From Lama guanicoe (Eukaryota): a stretch of 64,000 bases of DNA. Shown here piece by piece: positions 50,391-63,204 of this stretch. The DNA lies in NCBI GenBank assembly GCA_013239625.1, contig MU054001.1, positions 3,884,167 through 3,948,166 of the forward strand, given 5' to 3'. The stretch's first letter is position 1. The number at the start of each line of letters is the position of its first letter. The notes beneath the pieces are model-generated. The model searched no databases. It saw only the letters and a list, made by a program, of their open reading frames with translations, and had not been told where the DNA came from. The translations under genes and the position numbers were made by a program.

Positions 50391-52632
50391 GCTCGTAGCC
50401 CCGGGCCCATGTAATCTCACTCTCTGGGGGTGGGCCTGGATCGCTGCATTTAATGTACTCCCTGGGAGATTCTTATGGCCCCTGAAGTAAGGTATTGCCC
50501 TCAAAGGAGCCCTCTGAGGTCATCCAGGGAAAGGCTCTGGGTTCTTACCCTGGCTGCACGGGAGTTTGGAACATCTTGACGCCCAGACCAGGGAATCAGC
50601 ACCATCAGAGGCAGGGCCCCAGGCATTGGTATTTTTAAAAATCCCCCCAGGTAATTCTGAAGCATTTATAGGATGAGCATTGCTGGCTGGGAGCATTCCA
50701 CTTTCCCCACCTCCAGCCCCCACGCACAGCAATTCTATGCCAAAGTCAAGTCTAGAGGGGCTCCTGTCGAGGTAGAAACCCTCTTGTCTCTGCCAGGCTC
50801 ATGGACTGGACGCACCACAATTCTCCCACTTTGCGGGGATAAAGTGGAGGGGAGAGGAAAACCATGGGGCGGTCAATGGGAGATGGGGAGTCAGTCAGCC
50901 TCTGCCATTTCCTCCTCTTCAGGGGTCACCTCCTGCCACTAGAAGATGGGTCTTGCTCCCATTTCCCCTTCTCCTTCTAAAATAAGATGCTGGGTGCAGA
51001 AAGCCCTTGGCAGGGACATTAATCAGTAAAAACCATTCAAGGGCATGAGTTCCTGAGAAGAGGGGTGGGGTTCAGAGATCTGCTGGTTTGGGCCATAGGG
51101 ACAGGACCAAGAACCAGATCAGAACTCCAAACAAGGGGCACGACTGTAGGAAGTGATAAAACTTGAATGACTGGAGAAGGGAGCCCTTGGTACAACTTTT
51201 AGGAGTCAATAAAGCGTTTGGCAAAATCACCTGCATGGATTCAGCAAAACAGTTACGCGCACGTCGGGAGAAAGGGCGACGCCCTTCAGGAGCAAAGGCT
51301 GGGGCGGGAGGCGGATGCTGGGATTGGGCTGGACACGGGGCAAGGCTGCCTTGGGGTCTTCTGGGCCTGAACTCCCTGGTCTGCGCTGGGTGAAGTCCTA
51401 ACTTCAATGAGGAGGTGAGGGCGGTGGGGGCGGGGCGCCACAGCCCGAAGCACCGAGCACAGCTCAGGGGGTCCCCTCTCATTCCCGAGAGTGTGACAGG
51501 CCTCACAGAAGCCAGGTTATTAGTGCAGGCAGCCTTCCCCTCCTCCTGCCACCTCCGAGGTTGCCTTCCCTCTGGCCCAGTAATGATTTGACATCTAAAC
51601 ACTGAGAAAAACGTCGGGGGAGGGGGAGTAAAAGAAACTGCTCCTGGCTGTTTCCTTTGCCAGAATGTGTAATTGGCACAGCTGGGTGTGAGGTGCACTG
51701 GCCCCTCGGGGTCCCCCACCACCACCCAGTGCTCCCTGGGCGATGAGAGCCTCATCCAGCAGCTGCCCTAACGAGACGTCCTCAGGGCTGGTGACAGGTC
51801 AGCAGAACCAGGCATCCTAGCGACCAGCCGGTGCTTGTGTGCACGTGTGGGTGAGGCCGGCAGAGACAGGAGTCGGGTCTCCAGCTCCCAGGGGGGCCCC
51901 AGCGCTTAGGGCTCAGGTTCTGGGAAGAAGAGCAGCTATTCTGCAACAGGGATCAGATTTGCACACAAGGTAACACTCACCCCCGCCAGCTTGCAGGGAA
52001 ATGTGCTCAAAACCTCACCAAGGAGCATGGTTGATCCCTTCTCCCTTCTTTCCTTCCTTCCTACCCCCTTCCTCCTTCCCTTCCTTTTCTCTCCCTTCTT
52101 CCTTCAACTTTCAGTTACTTGGAGGTCATTTACAAATTGCATCAAAACTGAAACCACTCATGTTCTTGAACTCAGCAGTTCCACATTGGCACTCTGTTGC
52201 CAGCCAGGGCCCCAGCTGGTGGGCACCGAGAAAGCCAGGCACGAGGATGTGTCACGGCCTAGGATGAGACCCAAGTGCCTGCTGGAGGGGCTGGGCAAGC
52301 CCACGACAGCACCTCGGAGCAAGAGAAGACTGAGCAGCTGTTAGAGAAGAGGCGGCAGAGCTCTGGAACCAAGGCGGGGAAATCTCCAAATACATTAGGT
52401 CACAGAGAAAAAGGACCTAAGCATGAATACTATGCTACTCCTGGGGTAAAAATAAAAGGGTGGGGTGGAAGAGGATTAAACAGTCACTGCAGTGTTTTCT
52501 TTCTTAAAAATAGGTCTGAAATAAATATTGCAAAATGTCAGCATTTGTAAAATCTGGGTGGTGAGTTTCAGTTACGGTTACACTGTTTTCTGTTTCAAAC
52601 TTTGTTAGAAATGTTTTTAAAAATAACAAAAT

Positions 52633-52800
52633 TGGGGGGGAGCTTACAGCTCAGTGGTAGAGCGCATGCTTAGCATGCACAAGGTCCTGGGTTCAATCCC
52701 CAGTATCTCCACTAAAATAAATAAATAAATAAATAAACAAACAAACAAACAAACAAACTTAATTACCACCCACACACACACACACAAAAAGCAACAAAAA
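52633..52800 (+). mobile_element. tRNA-derived SINE (Vic-1-like), long form with (AAAT)(AAAC)(CA) tail
   Basis: CAGCTCAGTGGTAGAGCGCATGCTTAGCATGCACAAGGTCCTGGGTTCAATCCCCAGT; flanked by aaaattggggg repeats. Confidence 0.88.
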
Positions 52801-52809
52801 AATTGGGGG

Positions 52810-53145
52810 TAGGAGAGAGATGAATAGGCAGAGCATGGAGCATTTTTAGGGCAGTGAAAATAGTCTACAATATTATAGTGATGGATACGGGTCATTATAC
52901 ATTGTCCAAAACCATTGAATATACAACACCAAGAGTGAGCCCCAAGGTAAACTATGAACTTTAGGTGACTACGGTGTCTCAATATAGAATCATCCTTGGT
53001 GAAAACATACCCTTGGTTGAGTGATGTTGATAATGGGGGATGGGGCTGTGATGCACGCATAGGGGCAGGGGGTATATGGGAAATCTCCGCACCTTCTCAA
53101 CTTTGTCATGATTCTAAAACTGCTCTGAAAAAGTCTTTTTAAAAA
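52810..53145 (+). mobile_element. Old L1 (L1MB/MC-type) 3'UTR
   Basis: gcagagcatggagcatttttagggcagtgaaa...tcattatacattgtccaaaacc...ggtatatgggaaatctc. Confidence 0.75.
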
Positions 53146-54790
53146 ATTAACAGAATTTAAACAGGGAGCAATCTCATATAAATGTATTTATTCTTGTGAA
53201 AAATGGGAGCGACACTTTCATGGAGCTCCTGTGGGCCCACCCCATTTTAACTCACCGAATTCTCACAAGAACCCTATGGGATGGACTCTTATGATCCCCC
53301 TTTATAAAGGGGAAACTGAAACTTGAGAGGTACATAAAGCTCTTAAGGGAGGGAATCGGGATTTGAACCCAGGCAGCCGGGTACCACCAGCTTCTGCACC
53401 GCACTGAAGTCCCAGAAGGCACCGGGGAACTGGATTTGGGGAGGTGGGAGGGAAGCGTACATCTTCCTGCACACCTTTGTGCAGTATTTGAATATTCTAC
53501 ATGTGCACATGCTATTATCTTTTTAGTTAGGTCAGTTTCAGTCACCAGGAAGTAACAGAACTTTGACAGGACTGGGCTCAGGGAGACGCAGGGACCTCCT
53601 CTCAGAGGCTGAGGAACTGCTCTAAGCCCACCAGGCCACAGAGAGGCTCCCAGCATGGATCCAATGCCTGGCCTGTTTCCATGGTTGCAGCAATTCTGGG
53701 CTTGGGGCGCCATCCGTCTGCTCAGTGCCCCTCCTCTCCCTTCTTCTGGCACAGACTCTACCCCATATCCACAGGTTGGACATGTGACTCTCCAGGTGGG
53801 CCATAGTGATTGGTCCGGGGATGGGTACTGGATCCACGCCCAGCCGATCAGAATCCTTTCCTGGGCTTGTCCTAGTGGAAGATCTATCTCCATCTGGTGG
53901 TGTGGCCCAGAGTGCCAGCAGTCCCCACACTATGGCAAAGCACGTCGGAGTAGAAGGATAAATCCATGAAGGGCGAGCTCAGCTTCATTCACCTCCTGGA
54001 TCTCAAAGTCCCTCCCCACCTTCCCTGGCTTGGTTACATTCCTATCAGTCTGAGGTGGTTCCTGATGGACAGAAGCCCATAACTCAAAACAAGGGAAGCC
54101 CAAATCCAGTGGTTAAGGAAGACTAGAATCCCACATCTGTCTCCTACTGTGTGGTCTCAAGACTGTTAATCAACCTCTCTGAGCCTGATGTGCTCCCCGC
54201 ATTTCTACTGGCTACCTCAGGGTTGTTGTCAGGATTAACTGTTCCAATCCAGTCCCAGGCACACCAGTAACTAATAAAATTAATACTACAGTGACAATAA
54301 CTAATTTTTACTATCTTTAAAAATGACTCCTTACCAACCACATTAAACCAACACCTGAGGCTCTGGAAAAGGGGGTGCCAGCTGGGAGACCAAGCAGCAG
54401 AAAGACAGGCAGCTGGAGCCGCTTTTTCTTCCTGTGTCTCTCCAGATTCACCCTCCACTTGCCTCTGCCCTGGAAGAATGCCGATGTGGCCCTCGTCAAC
54501 AGCTCCCTTGGTCTCAGGCTCCCAGTGGCTTCAGCCAAGGGGGCCTCAGCAGGATACGGGCAGGCAGGGGAGTGAGGGCAGGAAGCCACTTCCTTGTAGG
54601 GTCCCCACAGGCTGGCTGCATCCGCTGAGTGAAGATCATGGCTCCTCCAGGTGGCCCCATCCCCATGTCTGCTGAGGATGACTCCCTCCCACCCCACCCC
54701 TGACTCCAGGGGTGGGGGCGGCACCCATAGTGCCAGCCCAGAACCCTGCACTCTTTCAAGAGGATTTGCCCACACATTGTAAATATTCCC

Positions 54791-54796
54791 TTTATT
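54791..54796 (-). terminator. Candidate proximal NKD1 polyadenylation signal
   Basis: AATAAA on the minus strand about 1.24 kb past the stop codon, followed by TGTGTGGG. Confidence 0.5.
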
Positions 54797-56029
54797 CAAC
54801 TCACCCCAAAGTACCCAGTTATAACATGTGTGGCGTCAGTTTTTCACAGGGCCTTTGACTGGTTGACAGGGGTCCTTTTCCTGGCCTCCCCAGGTCTCTA
54901 TCAAACAAAACCCTGCTCTGCAGAGGACACTGCTTCAGGATCCCAACTCTGGCCACTGTCCCCATTTCCCTCCAAGTTTCTGTACTCCAACAGGCTTCTC
55001 CCAAATCTGCCAGATCCCAAACCTCAAGAAAGGACCCCCAATGACAAGCAAGTGGCCACTGGCACCTAATGGACAGGGGCCCCCACAGGAGGCATGCAGG
55101 GTCATGTCTGGGCTCAGGATGTATCTAGAGAAGCAAACCACCGATTTCTGCACACCAGAAAAGGTACCTGAGAGTGTATATTTATAGAAAGATACATAGA
55201 AACGGACTGACGGCATCTACCTATAGATAAAGGAAGCTCTGTTAGAGAACCACGTAGATACATCTATATTTGCCAACGGTAGGACCCGAGGTTTCCACAT
55301 CTTCGGTCACAACCAACAGCACACAATTGCCCAATCTTGGAAAACCACGCTTGTTTATGTGGTTGGTTCCCTCTCTGGAGCTTTCCAAAATGTGAAGGCT
55401 GGTTTCAGGGGGTAGTCTTCAAACATGTGTGTGTATCTTTCTAAAGAAGAGAGGAGGAGGAGGAGAGAAAGGAGAGAGGTGTATTTTCATGTGGCACATG
55501 GCAGAGAAGATGGGAGTGGTTTGGGGGGAGGGCATGATCCCACTGGAAATGCGTGAAAGGTAACTCCAGAAAGGACAGCTAAGGTTTCTAGGCTGGGACA
55601 TAAAAACACAACAGCTGGGAAGGTCGCACGTCTGCAGTCCGCTGAAATCCCTTGTAGCACATTACAATCAGTTAAGGGCAAAATAAAATCCGAATAATAC
55701 TAAGAGGTAGCAGCTGTTTATCTTCTCGGAGATTTCGAGGGTCTCTGGAAGCCAGGCCAGGTAAGGGTGTTCTTTTGGAAGAGACCGGGGTGGGGCAGAG
55801 CTCTGGCCAAGGGCTCCCGGGGGCTGGGATGGGTGTGGGATGTCCTTCGTAGACCCGGCAGCTCCAGATCCCCAGGGAGCCTCTGCCGCTACAGGCCACT
55901 TCCAGACCCAGAGTCCCTTCTTGGGTAAGTTATGCAGTCCCCACAATATATAAATAAAAGTTTAGTTCTGTGTTTCCATATATCTTCTACATGGAGGCTA
56001 GCTGAATATTAGTGGAGTAACAATAATTA

Positions 56030-56673
56030 TTAATAACAATAATCGTCATAATAACAATAATTAATAGAATAATAATTCTTTGGGGGCAGGGGGAGGGGGT
56101 CCTTCAAGTGGTGGTGGTGCTCGTGGTGGTGGTGATGCTCGTGTCTCTGGACCGCCTGGCCGGCCGGGCTCTCGTACACCACCACGGCGGGCAGCTCCCT
56201 CACGTGGTCCCGCCCCACGACGGGGCCGCCCACGGCCAGCGGCGCCTGCAGGCCCCGGCACCCCGGCTGGCTCTCCTTGGCGCGGTGCTTGTGTTTCTTG
56301 TGCCCGAGGGGCGCCAGAGTGGGGAGCAGGGCCGGGCTGGCGGCCAGGTGGGCGGACGGGGACACCGCAGGGACGGCGGGTCCCACGGGGGGTTTGCTTC
56401 TTGCCCCTCTGGCCGCGTGGCCCACACCCACACTCTTGCCCTGGGCCTTGGGGGACCTCACAAAGTGCTTGCTCCCGTCCTGGGTGGCCCGGAGCCGCTG
56501 CTGGACCTCCGAGACCTTGGCGAATGGGGCGTCAAGGAAGTGGAAGGAGGCCGGGTCCGCGCCGGGCGGCTTCCGCTGTGGGACGTGGACGGCTTCTGGC
56601 TCATGAGAGCGAGATCGAGTCGGGTTGGAGGTGCGGGGGGGCAGTTCTGACTTCTGGGCCACGGACAGGGAGC
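56030..56673 (-). CDS. NKD1: NKD1 last coding exon with an atypical C-terminus
   Basis: Acceptor tggtccctag (AG at 56674-56675); (G)SLSVAQKSELPPRTSNPTRSRSHEPE...GHKKHKHRAKE...VQRHEHHHHHEHHHH-LKDPLPLPPKNYYSINYCYYDDYCY*. Confidence 0.93.
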
Positions 56674-57458
56674 CTAGGGACCAATTCAAGAGAGATTTCA
56701 TGAGCACCTACTGTGTGCCGGTGTTGCACAGTGTCCCAGAAGCCACCCCACCCCTAGTTCTCCAAGACGGGTAGAGGCAGCTGTTCCTTATCAGAGCTCC
56801 CCCCTCCCCACACACTGACTGCTCCTCCCTGCCTTGGAGGAAACTTTTCTCGAATGGAACTTTGCCATCTGCTAAGTGGGAAAAATTGTTAGATCTTTGA
56901 AAATAAGTAATTCTTCTTCTGAGAACTTTGAAAGAGAGGAGACAGAGACATTGTTAACTGTCTAAGGTCACTGGAGCACGAAGGAAATTGACAAGCATAT
57001 CCCTTAACTTAGAGGTAACCCACAGAGGAATTAAACACAAGAGGAGGAAGGGGAGAAGGGCGCTGGGGGGAGTGAAATTAAGTGGACTGTGTCTTCATTT
57101 ATCTTAGTAAGAGCTAAGATGTCAAGGACAGAGCCATGTTTTGCCTAACGAAGCCAGGATCCTCATTGGAAGACAGGGGAACAGGGTGGGGTGGTATGGG
57201 GCGCAGCACTGAACTGTCATTTTCATTGTATTATAAGCACTTGGATACCATTTGATTTTGTTCAACTTTGTGCGTGTGTTACTTTCATTTTTTAACTGTT
57301 TTGAATGTCATCTCAGCCAAGAAGACTTTCATCTGTCCAGTAAAAGCAACGCCTTCCCCCAGCCCAGGGGAGACAGTGAACACCTCCCACCCTGGCCCAC
57401 TTGCCAGCCCAGCTACACCCTCCCCTCGCCGCCCTCCCTGGTGAAGGAACTCCCTTAC

Positions 57459-57586
57459 CAGGCCCAAACTGGGATGTGTAGTTTTCTATCCCGGCGAGAT
57501 CTAAGTAGTGGTTTCTCCTCTCAATGTTTTCATCCACGCAATGGTGGTAGCAGCCATGCTGCTCCAGACGGCTGTCACCCTGGAAC
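57459..57586 (-). CDS. NKD1: NKD1 penultimate exon, 128 nt
   Basis: Flanked by ccttccctgctag and gtaagg; (R)FQGDSRLEQHGCYHHCVDENIERRNHYLDLAGIENYTSQFGP, the conserved Naked motif. Confidence 0.97.
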
Positions 57587-58419
57587 CTAGCAGGGAAGGC
57601 AAGTGAGCAGGTGGGCCCTGGCCCCACGACGGGAGAGGTCCCACAAGCTACTGGGAAGCTGCCAGCAGGACAAGTCCTTCTGGATGTCTGTTAATTTCCA
57701 TCTGGGTCTTGGGAGCAGGGAGGGAGAGACTGGCCACCTTGCACTCATTCTATGCCCCCATTTCCTCCCCTACCTGGCCTCCCTGGGCCTTCTGGGAGGA
57801 CTGGACAGGGATGATGTTTTGAACAGGCCCAAAGCAAAGGAGAGGATTACTGGTCAGAACCTAAGGATGCTCCAAAGCTAGGCTTAAAACTGTGTGTCCC
57901 TTAACGCTTTCCTGGCTCCCCAGGGGGTGGGGAGAACAGAAGCCCCCAGGCCCTGGAGTTGAGGCTGGAAGATTCTGTAAACTGCCCAAGGCCCAGAATG
58001 GGCCCTCCCAGTGTGTGTGCAGGACAGGGTGCAGGGAAGAGAGGTGACCATTCTCTCACTGCAGGATGCTGGGCTCCCTGCCCCTCCCCTTCAGGGGCCC
58101 CTGTGATCTGCCCACACCCACCTGCCCCCTCCCTGCTGCCCCCAGAACAGCCCCCCACATCTGTAGCCAGCCTGGGCCCCTCAGTTCTCAGTCCGGCCCC
58201 CACACCATGCTGTGTGCCTGCCTGGACGGCCTTCTCCCTTTCCCCTAAGCTCGTGCTTGCCCGTCATTCCCTTTCCATGTTCGCAGCAGGTATCACACAC
58301 TCACCCCTCCCATATTAGTTACTTCATATTACCGTGTACTCAACGCTTTTCTTCACCCAGTCTCTCTCTTTTCTCTTCCCTCCCTCTCTTCCCTTCCTTC
58401 CCTGTAGCTCAAAAAGTAA

Positions 58420-58740
58420 CAACAGGTGAAAGACAGATGCTGCCTTACCCACAATTCTGAAATCCAAAACGCCTGAAAACAAAGATTTTTCATAACCCAT
58501 TTGGCAGCCAAGCTTGCTCTAAACAGATGTGAAAGTAGCCATAGTCTTTATCTCCCTTAGTGTGAGTATTTATACATGTCTGTGCAGAAACAGCGACGTG
58601 CTAAATCCTGAGGTGCCTCTCAGACCCCAAATAGAATGCATGAGAAATATGCCAGGAGCCCCTTTCTCAAACCCAGCAAATGCCGGATTCCAAAACATCT
58701 GGCCTGAAGCATTTTGGATGAAGCACTGCAGACCTACATT
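58420..58740. mobile_element. TcMar-Tigger-like DNA transposon relic
   Basis: ccttacccacaattctgaaatccaaaa...caaaacatctggcctgaagcattttggatgaag resemble Tigger-type termini. Confidence 0.45.
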
Positions 58741-58898
58741 TAGCTATTTTGGAAAATTGGGCTTGATTTGTGAGCCTGTCCTCTGAAATCACTGTCCTCT
58801 GGGGAGAACACAGGACAGCAACCTTCTGCTCAGAATCCCTCAGAGGCAGGTACACAGCTGGTGCTCAATCCGGGCTCAGAGGCCCTTGCCCGCTGTAC

Positions 58899-58983
58899 CT
58901 GAGGAGGGCTCGCTGCTTCTTCTCCCAGCTTCGCAGCTCCTCGGCGGGCTTGGTCTCCGCTCTGGGCCTGGTGCTCTGCAGGT
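58899..58983 (-). CDS. NKD1: NKD1 exon, 85 nt
   Basis: Flanked by gactcag and gtacag; (D)LQSTRPRAETKPAEELRSWEKKQRALL(R); phases agree with both neighbours. Confidence 0.95.
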
Positions 58984-59501
58984 CTGAGTCCCGCCAGAGA
59001 AACAGCGGGTGAGTAGCGTGTTCCTGCACCTGCCGGCCCCCTGGCTCCCCGGCTCCCCGGCCCTGCCCAGGTTGTCCCACTGCCTGTCACACAGTCCTTG
59101 AAAACTGACCCACAGCAGCTTCAGGATGGCTCTGTGGGGAGGGTTCCCCGAGCCAGGACTAAATAGAGAGGCCTCATAGCTACCTGCTCTGCTTAACTCC
59201 TCCCCTAGGCTCACCTCCTCCCCAGACGCCTTAGCTGCCTTCCAGGGCCTGCCCACCCACACTCACCACAACACAAGCCTTTACTTGCTTGCCACGCCAG
59301 GCCCACCTCCAGTGCTCTGGAATTCCTTCCCCACCTAAACCCTACCCCTCCAGGACCCGCTCAGATCCCTCCTGTCCACAGAGCGGCTCGCAGGAGAGCC
59401 CCCAGGACTCCCGCCCACTCCTCCTAGCTGGGGATTTGACCCTTCCAGAGGGCTGGGAGTGGACTGACCCCCACGGCCAGGATGGGCCTCCAGCCCCTCA
59501 C

Positions 59502-59649
59502 CGGGGTGATTGACAAGGATGCTCTTCCTGCTCTGGCTCCCATCGGGGGCCACGGTGAGCTTCACCCGCAGCGTCTTGCTCGATGTCGGGGAGTGGTTGA
59601 CGGAGGAGTCGACCACCTCGTAGATGGTGTGCAGTAGGCTGGTGATGTC
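59502..59649 (-). CDS. NKD1: NKD1 exon, 148 nt (C-terminal part of the EFX/Dishevelled-binding region); upstream exons lie beyond the window
   Basis: Flanked by cttccctccccatccag and gtgagg; DITSLLHTIYEVVDSSVNHSPTSSKTLRVKLTVAPDGSQSRKSILVNHP. Confidence 0.97.
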
Positions 59650-59711
59650 CTGGATGGGGAGGGAAGCAGAGCCCCACACAGGCTTCAGTCACATGCATTT
59701 AAAACAAAGGA

Positions 59712-59808
59712 TGGGGATTGGTTCAGCTCAGTGGTAGAGCGCATGCTTAGCATGCACGAGGTCCTGGGTTCAATCCCCAGTACCTCCATTTAAAAAAATA
59801 AAACAAAA
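59712..59808 (+). mobile_element. tRNA-derived SINE (Vic-1-like), short form, about 60 bp from an NKD1 acceptor
   Basis: Perfect 12-bp TSD TAAAACAAAGGA (59700-59711, 59809-59820). Confidence 0.9.
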
Positions 59809-60854
59809 TAAAACAAAGGAATCAGAGGGCCCTGGGGAATCTGATGGGCAGAATCCCCCTGGTTCCTCCAAAGTCCAGCATCAGGCAAACACGGGGATGT
59901 CAGAGGTTCATTGGGAGGGGAAGCAAGAGTGAAGGAACGAGGGAGAATGAATGATCTGAGTGCGCAGGAAGGGCGCAGGCAGTGGGGCTCAGTGGCACAA
60001 AGGCCCTCGGAGGGCCTGTGTGGAAGTCGCTTCAGAAAACTCTCATCTGCTGCTGGTGGAGAGCTGCCCTGGGGATGCTACATCCTCCTGACCTCTGGGC
60101 TGTCCTGCAAAGATTAAGCCATCTCCCAGGCACCAGAGAAAGCTCTTATGCTGGGCACTGACAGGTAATCTTAGAGGAAGGCCATGGATACAGTGGGGGC
60201 GGGTGTCAGCAGCGTCTGCTGCAGGTCTGATGAGCACCTTCTAGATGAAAAATGGAAAAGTGGATGTGTCCCTAAAGATAAGCTATTCTGTGAAAACTTG
60301 GCCAAATCTCATCTTCCCTCTGAGCCTCAGGTATCCCCTTAACCAGAACAGTGGTCTCTAATCCATGCTCCACAGGGCGTTTCAAATCCTTCTGACTGGG
60401 GGATGGAGTGGGGATTGGGTCCACCTCACTGGGTCTCCCTTTGTTCTTGGCATCTGCTAAGGTCCTTTGTCTGAAGGGAGGCTTTTAAATGATGTTCGAA
60501 CTCTGGAAAAGGTATTTACTCTCCAGAGATCAAGCTCACAGATGGTCGATTATCTGCCCAGCATCCCTTTGGAACTCAGACGGACTCAGCCCGCTTCGCC
60601 CCTCACCCAGAAGCTCTTAGGCAGAGGTGACACCAAGCACTGCCATGGCCATGCAGGTGAGTGGATGGATGACCAGGAGTAGAGGGGCCACCTGGGGTAC
60701 TGTCCCCTGCCCACAGGAGGTGGCAGCCACCCAGCTCAGCTGCCTTGCAATGTGGCAATGCAGGCTGAGGGGCATTGCAGAGAAGCCAGGTGTCCAGAAT
60801 CTCCTGTTACATCTTCAGAATCTTTGATACTGGCAACTAATTTAATTTTTTCAA

Positions 60855-61890
60855 CTCATTCCCTTCTGCCCCCCACCCCTGGCAACCACCATTCTCTGTC
60901 TCTATGAATCTGACTCCTCTAGGTACTTCAAATAAGTGAAATCACACAGCATTTGTCTTTTTGTGACTGGCTTCTTTCACTTAGCATAAGGTCCTCAAGG
61001 TTCATCCATGTTGTAGCATGTGTCAGAATTTCCTTCCTTTTTATTTATTTTTTTATGTTTTTTTAATTAATTAGTTTATGTATTTATTATGACAGTTTAT
61101 TTTATTTTATTTTTAACATTTTTTATTGAGTTATAGTTATTTTACAATGTTGTGTCAATTTCCAGTGTAGAGCACAATTTTTCAGTTATACTGTTTCCTT
61201 TTTAAAGCTAAATAATGTACCATGTATGGGTAGGTCCCATTTTGCTTATCTATTCATCCATCAGTGGACTCTTGGGTTGCTTCCACCTTCTAGTTCTTGT
61301 GAGTAATGCCACTATGCACATGGCTGTACAAGTATCTCTTAGAGAATCTGCTTTCAATTCTTCTGGGTGTATACCCAGAAATGGAATTGCTAGATTGTAT
61401 GGTAATTCTGTGTTTAATATTTTGAGGAACCTCTGTATGATTTTCCATAGTGGCTGAACCAATTTAAATTCCCACCAACAGTGCACAAGGGTTCCCTTTT
61501 CTCCACATCCTCACCAACACTTGTTATTTCTTGTCTTTTCGATCACAGTCATCATAACAGGTGTGAGGTGATACCTCACTGTGGTTTTGATTTGCATTTT
61601 CCTGATGATTAGTGATGCTGAACATCTTTTCTTGTGCTTATTGGCTATTTGTATATACTCTTTGGAGAAATGTCTGGTTAAGTCTTTGTCCGTTTTTTAA
61701 TCCAGTTGTTTTGTTGTTGAGTTGTAGTTCTTTATGTATTCTAAATACTAATCCCTTCTCAGACATATGCTTTGCCGATATTTTCTTCTATTCCATAGGT
61801 TGCCATTCACTCTGCTGATTGTGTCCTTTGATGCACAGATATTTTTAATTTTAATGTAGTCCAATTCATCTATCTTTGCTTTTGTGGCCT
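60855..61890 (-). mobile_element. L1 ORF2 end and 3'UTR, with a nested younger L1 tail at about 61040-61195
   Basis: The minus frame reads HCWWEFKLVQPLWK...ELPYNLAIPFLGIHP...WKQPK (L1 ORF2); the inner T-rich insert sits between ttcc(t)ttttta repeats. Confidence 0.88.
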
Positions 61891-63204
61891 GTACTGGGCT
61901 GGAATATCTGGGGGCTAGATTGGGGCTGCCAGTTTGGATCTGGGCTCCAGCCAGTCACTGGCTAACTTACAGGGGATCCCAGCTTCTCTGGCAAAGCCCA
62001 CAAAGGACCCCTCTTCTCCCTTCTCTTTCCCTTGAGCCGCTCTGCACAGCTACAGTTGCCCACTCTCTCTCATCATTGCAAGAAGCCCGTGAAGGGGGAG
62101 TCATTATCTCTATTTGACAGATGAGGAAAGTGAGGTCCACAACATCACCACCTAAGCATCAAATAGCAGGCCTGGGGTCCTGGTGTGCAATCCCAGAGGG
62201 TCCCAGCTGATTCAGGGTCTACAAACAAGTGGGCAATTCCAGCTGGAAAATCAGCCCTGCTGACTGCTTAGAGTCTGGCACAGAGGAGTGGGTGCCTGTG
62301 AATATTGATGGTACAAATGAACACCTGAAGAATGAAGAGGGACTTTCTTCTGAGTTGGGAAGTCAGCCCAGATGCCAGCTGCAGGCTGTGGTTGCCGGGA
62401 GCCGGGAGCCAGTCTGCCCCAGCACGCAGGAACTTGCGTGCTACTAGCCAGAATGTGCGGAGGGGAACGGTATTTATAGTCAGATTGAAGGAGTGGCTTT
62501 GGGGCTAAAAATAGACCAGTGGAAACACCAGGCTGGGTCTTCCCTGGACTGGAAACCAACCTCCTTGCTCCTTGGCAGGGGAAAGACACCAGTGAAGGCT
62601 CTCTCTGGGGCTGGGGCACCCTCCCTGGAAATCCTCACTTCCTGGCTATTTCTCTTTTTACCAAGGGTTAAAGGAAAGCAGCATGCAGAATCAGAAAGCA
62701 ATGACTGCCTGCAAGGTTCCTGTAAGGCCTCCGAGGTAGGGGGCACACCCTTTTTATCATCAGCTCATGAGGCTCCTCAGCCTCTTCTGAACCGGAAAAA
62801 AGGCGGCGGCGACGGGGGGCTGAGTTCTCTTGGCCACTGCACATGTTAGAAGAGAGGGAGCTTCCAGCACGCCCCCGGAACCCAGCCTGGCTAGCCCAGA
62901 GATTTAACAAATAGGTGCCTCCCCACAATTCAGTTCCATTACACAGGCTACTAGCCTGTGATGCTTCCCCTGTGAAGATAATGACATTGTAGCTGCCACT
63001 CCCAAACAGACTGGGAGGGGGGGGAACAGGGACTCCGCTCTCTGGAAAAACAGAAACTCCTCACAGAAAGCATTGCAGCTGGAGGGCACTAGTCGGGGTC
63101 TCACCTAAACCATCCCCTATCTCCCCAGGGTCCCAAACTGGGAAGGGTCTCCACTGCTTCTCAAACACCCAGGTCCCTCTGGGGGCTTTGCCTACCTCGA
63201 ATCC

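Noticed and set aside
51072..53893. 227-aa and 213-aa minus-strand ORFs downstream of NKD1
   Set aside because: No recognisable protein; the second runs through MLT/MIR relics.
56080..56703. Plus-strand ORFs of 180-207 aa over the NKD1 last exon
   Set aside because: Antisense shadows in GC-rich coding DNA.
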